From Melioribacteraceae bacterium (GTDB lineage: Bacteria; Bacteroidota; Ignavibacteria; Ignavibacteriales; Melioribacteraceae), in assembly GCA_011525875.1 (NCBI GenBank), contig WYBN01000007.1, forward strand, positions 220,684 to 284,683: 64,000 bases of DNA. The letters are read 5' to 3'. Shown piece by piece: positions 59,505 to 64,000 of this stretch. Position numbers and translations under genes: made by a program. Below the pieces are notes generated by a model that did no database searches, was not told where the DNA came from, and saw only the letters and a list, made by a program, of their open reading frames with translations. The number at the start of each line of letters is the position of its first letter. Position 1 is the first letter of the stretch.

Positions 59505-61346
59505 ATGGCAAAAACAGTTCAGGTTGTAGAAGATGTTACCGTTCGTTTTGCAGGCGATTCAGGCGATGGAATGCAGCTCACAGGTTCACAATTTACCGAT
59601 ACAACAGCGATAGTTGGCAATGATTTAAGTACTTTACCGGATTTCCCGGCTGAAATACGCGCCCCCGCCGGTTCGCTCGCTGGTGTTAGCGGCTTTCAGC
59701 TGCATTTCAGCAGCAGCGATATTCAAACCCCGGGCGATTCTCCTGATATTTTGGTGGCAATGAACCCCGCTGCATTAAAAGTTAATTTAAAGGATATGAA
59801 ACCCAACGCAACAATTATTGTCAATACAAACGCATTTGACTCGAAAAATCTTAAACTCGCAAAGTATGATTCAAATCCTCTCGAAGATGGTTCTCTGTCA
59901 GGATATCAGGTGATTCCGGTTGAACTCGCTAAGTTAACTTCGATGGCTCTTGATGGACTTTCACTTTCACCTAAGGAAAAAGATAAATGTAAAAATTTCT
60001 TTGCACTCGGGTTAATGTACTGGATGTTTAATAGACCAATTGAAATTACACTAAATTGGCTTGAGACAAAATTCAAGAAAAAACCGGAAATTATGGAAGC
60101 AAATCAGCGTGCATTAAAAGCTGGTTTTTACTACGGTGAATCTACAGAGATTTTCACTACACGCTACGATGTTAAGCCGGCTAAACTGCCTTCAGGAATT
60201 TACAGAAACGTTATGGGCAATGAAGCCACTGCGCTTGGTTTTGTTGCGGCTTCGGTTAAAAGCGGATTACAATTATTCCTTGGTTCTTATCCAATTACAC
60301 CCGCTTCAGAAATATTGCAAGAACTGAGCAAGTATAAGGATCATGGTGTTGTAACATTTCAAGCAGAGGATGAAATTTCTGGTATTGTTTCGGCAATTGG
60401 CGCTTCATTTTCAGGATCTCTTGCACTTACAACTACTTCGGGTCCTGGATTATCGTTGAAAACGGAAGCCATAGGATTAGCGGTGATGACAGAACTGCCC
60501 TTAGTGGTTGTGGATGTTCAGCGTGGCGGTCCGAGCACCGGACTACCAACGAAAACCGAACAAGCAGATTTATTCCAGGCGTTCTATGGCAGGCATGGTG
60601 AAGCTCCAGTCTGCGTAGTTGCAGCAAAAAGCCCAGCAGATTGTTTTATCATGTCACTCGAAGCTTCGAGATTAGCCCTGAAATACATGACACCTGTAAT
60701 TCTTCTTACGGATGGATATCTTGCTTTTGGCTCTGAGCCTCTCAACATACCAAAATTTGAGGATCTGCCAGATGTTAAAGCAGAATTGAGGACTGATCCC
60801 GAAGAATTTCATCCGTATTTAAGGAATGAAAATCTCGTTAGACCATGGGCGGTTCCTGGAACACCAGGACTTGAACACAGAATAGGCGGTTTGGAAAAGA
60901 AAGATGTTTATGGCGGAATAAGTTATGAACCAGAAAATCATGAGATAATGATAAATTATCGAAAAGCTAAAATTGAAAAGATCGTCAATGACATTCCGGA
61001 TATTGTTGTAGAGGGCGATCAAAGCGGCGAACTTTTGTTGTTAAGCTGGGGCAGCACATACGGAGCTATCAGAGAAGGGATTAGAGGAGCAGCCAGACTG
61101 GGGTATAAATCTTCCCATGCACATTTAAATTATCTAAATCCATTTCCCAAAAATTTGAAAGAAGTTTTAAGCAACTTCAAGAAAGTATTAGTGCCCGAAC
61201 TCAATTTGGGTCAGCTTGCGACGATAATACGAAGCACATACTTGCTTGAGGTTTTGCAATACAATAAAGTTCAGGGGCAGCCGTTTAAGGTCGCTGAAAT
61301 AGAGAAAAAAATTATTGATGTTCTCGGAGGGAATAATGGAAACTAA
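59505..61346 (+). CDS. korA: 2-oxoglutarate/2-oxoacid:ferredoxin oxidoreductase subunit alpha (fused gamma-alpha)
   Basis: 613 aa with N-terminal FAGDSGDGMQ and GNEA.A.G...A......GSYPITPASEI, a typical OFOR alpha subunit. Confidence 0.85.
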   Translation: MAKTVQVVEDVTVRFAGDSGDGMQLTGSQFTDTTAIVGNDLSTLPDFPAEIRAPAGSLAGVSGFQLHFSSSDIQTPGDSPDILVAMNPAALKVNLKDMKPNATIIVNTNAFDSKNLKLAKYDSNPLEDGSLSGYQVIPVELAKLTSMALDGLSLSPKEKDKCKNFFALGLMYWMFNRPIEITLNWLETKFKKKPEIMEANQRALKAGFYYGESTEIFTTRYDVKPAKLPSGIYRNVMGNEATALGFVAASVKSGLQLFLGSYPITPASEILQELSKYKDHGVVTFQAEDEISGIVSAIGASFSGSLALTTTSGPGLSLKTEAIGLAVMTELPLVVVDVQRGGPSTGLPTKTEQADLFQAFYGRHGEAPVCVVAAKSPADCFIMSLEASRLALKYMTPVILLTDGYLAFGSEPLNIPKFEDLPDVKAELRTDPEEFHPYLRNENLVRPWAVPGTPGLEHRIGGLEKKDVYGGISYEPENHEIMINYRKAKIEKIVNDIPDIVVEGDQSGELLLLSWGSTYGAIREGIRGAARLGYKSSHAHLNYLNPFPKNLKEVLSNFKKVLVPELNLGQLATIIRSTYLLEVLQYNKVQGQPFKVAEIEKKIIDVLGGNNGN

Positions 61347-62376
61347 AACTATAGAAGGAATACAAGAATTAAAATACACTGCAAAAGACTTTTCATCCAA
61401 CATTGATGTGAAATGGTGCCCGGGCTGTGGTGATTACTCTATTCTTGCTCAGGTGCAAAGGACTTCGCCGGATTTTGGCGAAAAATTAGAAAACATCGTT
61501 TGGGTATCGGGCATTGGATGTTCAAGCCGTTTTCCTTACTACATGAGCACATACGGATTTCACGGCATACACGGAAGGGCGGCTGCGCTCGCAACCGGCG
61601 TTAAATTGGCAAATCCAAAGCTGCAGGTTTGGGTCGCTACTGGAGACGGCGATATGCTCAGTATCGGCGGCAATCATTTCATCCACGCATGCAGAAAAAA
61701 TATAGATATTAAAATTCTTCTTTTTAACAATAGGATTTATGGATTGACCAAAGGACAGTATTCGCCTACTTCCGAAAAGGGAAAAGTAACTAAGACAACC
61801 CCGTACGGTTCGGTTGATTTCCCCTTCAATCCACTACGCTTAGCAGCTGGTTCCGGCGCAACGTTTGTCGCACGGTCCATGGACAGAGATCCCAAACACC
61901 TTCAGGAGATGATTTCGAGAGCCGCTAAACATAAAGGCACCGCTTTTATTGAGGTGCTTCAGAACTGTCCTATCTTCAACGACGGCGCATATTTTCAGTT
62001 AACAGAAAAAGACACAAAACCGGATAACACAATCACTCTTGAGCATGACAAACCTTTAGTGTTTGGAACGAATAAAGATAAAGGTATTAAACTTGATGGA
62101 TTAACCCCGGTCGTATTTAATATTAACGAGGGCAGTAATTCTATTAATGACTGTTGGGTGCACGATGAGTTTGATGAAAACCCCACTCGTGAATTCTTGC
62201 TCTCAAGGTTTACCGACATGCCGGGTTTGCCTACACCGCTTGGAATTCTGCGCCAGCATTTAAAACCAACTTATGATGCGGATTATCATGAACAAGTACA
62301 AAAAGTAAAAGTAGAAAAAGGGCATGGAACATACGACAAGTTGATGTTTGCCGCGAGCACATGGGAAGTAAAATAG
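61336..62376 (+). CDS. korB: 2-oxoglutarate/2-oxoacid:ferredoxin oxidoreductase subunit beta
   Basis: WCPGCGDYSIL, GIGCSSR and the TPP-binding GDGD...IGGNH. ATG 61336 is preceded by GGAGGG and overlaps the korA stop. Confidence 0.88.
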   Translation: METKTIEGIQELKYTAKDFSSNIDVKWCPGCGDYSILAQVQRTSPDFGEKLENIVWVSGIGCSSRFPYYMSTYGFHGIHGRAAALATGVKLANPKLQVWVATGDGDMLSIGGNHFIHACRKNIDIKILLFNNRIYGLTKGQYSPTSEKGKVTKTTPYGSVDFPFNPLRLAAGSGATFVARSMDRDPKHLQEMISRAAKHKGTAFIEVLQNCPIFNDGAYFQLTEKDTKPDNTITLEHDKPLVFGTNKDKGIKLDGLTPVVFNINEGSNSINDCWVHDEFDENPTREFLLSRFTDMPGLPTPLGILRQHLKPTYDADYHEQVQKVKVEKGHGTYDKLMFAASTWEVK

Positions 62377-62396
62377 CGGATTATTTATTGCTGGAT

Positions 62397-62426
62397 AAAG
62401 GCGAAGTTTTATCTTCGCCTTTTTTA
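62397..62426 (+). terminator. Rho-independent terminator after korB
   Basis: AAAGGCGAAG-TTTTAT-CTTCGCCTTT hairpin followed by a T-run. Confidence 0.8.
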
Positions 62427-62474
62427 TTTACAAACAACAATTCATAAACATATTTCAGGTTATCAAATTCTAGA

Positions 62475-63470
62475 ATGCTGGACTTTACGAAGATTTTACA
62501 AATAATTCAAAAGTATAATAGTTTTTTAATTACAACACACTTAAATCCCGATGCTGATGCTATCGGCTCGGAGCTGGCTTTGCACGACTATTTAAGAATA
62601 CTTGGGAAAAAAGTTTCGGTAATTAATGCAGACGCCACCCCTTATACTCTTGAATTCTTAGATAGAGATAGAATCATTGAAACTTACGATAATAAAAAGC
62701 ATCGCGAAAAAATAAATAGCTTTGACGTTCTCTTTGCTCTTGATTTCAATCAACTTAAACGCATTGGTGTTATGGAAAATGTTTTTCGTCAGAGCAATGC
62801 GCTCAAAATTTGTATTGATCACCATGAAGAGCCGGAGAATTTTACCGAATATTTATTTGTTGATATTTCTTACGCATCAACCGGGGAGATAATTTTTGAC
62901 CTTCTAAAATCCGATAATTCCTTTCAGCTCGATTTGCCGATTGCCGAAGCGATTTATGCAGCAATAATTACCGACACAGGCTCATTCCGGTTTGAACGCA
63001 CTTCGCCGAAAACTCATTTGACTGCTGCAGAACTTATCAGTGCAGGGGTTAACCCAAAAACAATTTACGAGAAAATTTATGATCAGGGTTCGCTTAATCG
63101 TTTGAAGCTTCTTGCATCTGCATTAAAATCTATTAATTGCAACTCCGATCAATCAATCTGTTATATGCGGATTACGCTTGATGATCTCCGGCAGAATAAT
63201 TGCGGCGAAGCCGACCTTGAAGGTTTTGTAAATTATTGCTTGAGTGTCAAAGGGACAAAAATCGGGATGTTATTTCAAGAACTTGAGGATACTGTTAAGG
63301 TAAGTTTAAGATCATCCGGGAATTTTCCCGTTAATAAAATAGCAAATCAGTTCAACGGCGGCGGTCATTTCAACGCAGCGGGAATTAGGATAAAAGGCAG
63401 AAATCTTGATGAAGCAATAGAAATGATTTTATCTGCCGCTCAATCGTATTTAAATAAGGAAGAGGAATAA
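62475..63470 (+). CDS. nrnA: DHH-family oligoribonuclease / pAp phosphatase NrnA
   Basis: H.NPDADAIGS, IDHHE, DTGSFRF and a DHHA1 GGGH motif. Confidence 0.88.
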   Translation: MLDFTKILQIIQKYNSFLITTHLNPDADAIGSELALHDYLRILGKKVSVINADATPYTLEFLDRDRIIETYDNKKHREKINSFDVLFALDFNQLKRIGVMENVFRQSNALKICIDHHEEPENFTEYLFVDISYASTGEIIFDLLKSDNSFQLDLPIAEAIYAAIITDTGSFRFERTSPKTHLTAAELISAGVNPKTIYEKIYDQGSLNRLKLLASALKSINCNSDQSICYMRITLDDLRQNNCGEADLEGFVNYCLSVKGTKIGMLFQELEDTVKVSLRSSGNFPVNKIANQFNGGGHFNAAGIRIKGRNLDEAIEMILSAAQSYLNKEEE

Positions 63471-64000
63471 ATGATTTTTAATATTCGTACAGAAATAATA
63501 AATAAATTTCAGTTGAACAGAAATAAATCTGCTGCCGTATTGTTTATTGTTGATTCAAAATCCATGAAAAATGAATTGGCAGCAACACTTAATGAATTGG
63601 GAATTGAATTGAACAAAATCCAGTTGGAAAAATTCCTAAAAAAAGATGAAACCGAATTAATCAGCGTGCTGCCCAAAGGGAAACCTGATTTGATGCTTAT
63701 CAAAAAAATTAATGCAGATAAATCTTTCAATCAAGATTTTTTCAGAAATTATCTATCCGACGTCATACAAAAGTTAAACGACTACGAAATAGACAACTTG
63801 CAGTTACAAATACCTGATGAAAAAAAAGTTGAAAGAAAATTCCCATCTTACAATTATTGTCTTCAAACAATTGCCGAAGGGATATATTTAGGAAACTACA
63901 ACTTCAATATTTATAAAAGCGATAAAAAGAAACCTAAAAATATAATGGTATCATTAATTACCGGTGACGCCGCCGCGGTTAAAACTGCATTTGAGAAAGG
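63471..64000 (+). CDS. pepA: Leucyl aminopeptidase (M17), N-terminal part; continues past the window end
   Basis: The ORF from ATG 63471 is open to the window edge and absent from the ORF track. The M17 N-terminal domain pattern is ...IAEGIYLGNYNFNIYKSDKKKPK..., and the start abuts the nrnA stop (TAAATG). Confidence 0.65.
   Translation, partial: MIFNIRTEIINKFQLNRNKSAAVLFIVDSKSMKNELAATLNELGIELNKIQLEKFLKKDETELISVLPKGKPDLMLIKKINADKSFNQDFFRNYLSDVIQKLNDYEIDNLQLQIPDEKKVERKFPSYNYCLQTIAEGIYLGNYNFNIYKSDKKKPKNIMVSLITGDAAAVKTAFEK

Noticed and set aside
63509-63730. 73-aa minus-strand ORF
   Set aside because: It is antisense to the open pepA N-terminal reading frame, which shows M17 N-domain features.

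Overview
AT-rich bacterial chromosomal segment. T9SS cargo and PorV/PorQ-like barrels, DUF2851, a eukaryotic-type citrate synthase and korAB suggest the FCB group (Ignavibacteria/Bacteroidota-like); this placement is inference only. The window is densely packed and mostly housekeeping. In order it carries: the end of a T9SS cargo gene plus two PorV/PorQ-like barrels, a FemAB-like/GT4 pair, SRP RNA, a decayed SixA-like gene, nhaC, uvrC, glgC, an M1 peptidase, lpxH, a class A PBP, tRNA-Leu, an alkaline phosphatase and the hpnC-hpnD-hpnE squalene genes. It continues with citrate synthase, a 1594-aa multidomain ORF, pyrG, a TPR protein, purN-purH-mreBCD-mrdA-rodA-pyrF, DUF2851, a BFN nuclease, etfBA, clpS, ychF, pepD, a FadD-like ligase and an OmpA/TSP3 protein. 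The last part holds tRNA-Gly, tRNA-Cys, two small orphan genes, pcm, miaA, an AtuA-like pair, frameshifted prfB, an MGMT-domain protein, a PspC/LiaF-like pair, nadE, dsbD, korAB, nrnA and the start of pepA. I found no CRISPR array, transposase, integrase, prophage or recognisable defence island. The best candidate for something undescribed is the 1594-aa fusion at 21351-26135. It joins an AMP-forming acyl-CoA/acyl-AMP ligase to a C-terminal GNAT acyltransferase through about 770 aa with no motif I can recognise. Secondary observations are a prfB recoding site that uses TAA instead of TGA, an hpnCDE cluster with no cyclase in view, two genes whose essential N-termini lie upstream of any canonical start codon, and a SixA pseudogene. 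All functional calls rest on motif recognition by eye; no database search was run.
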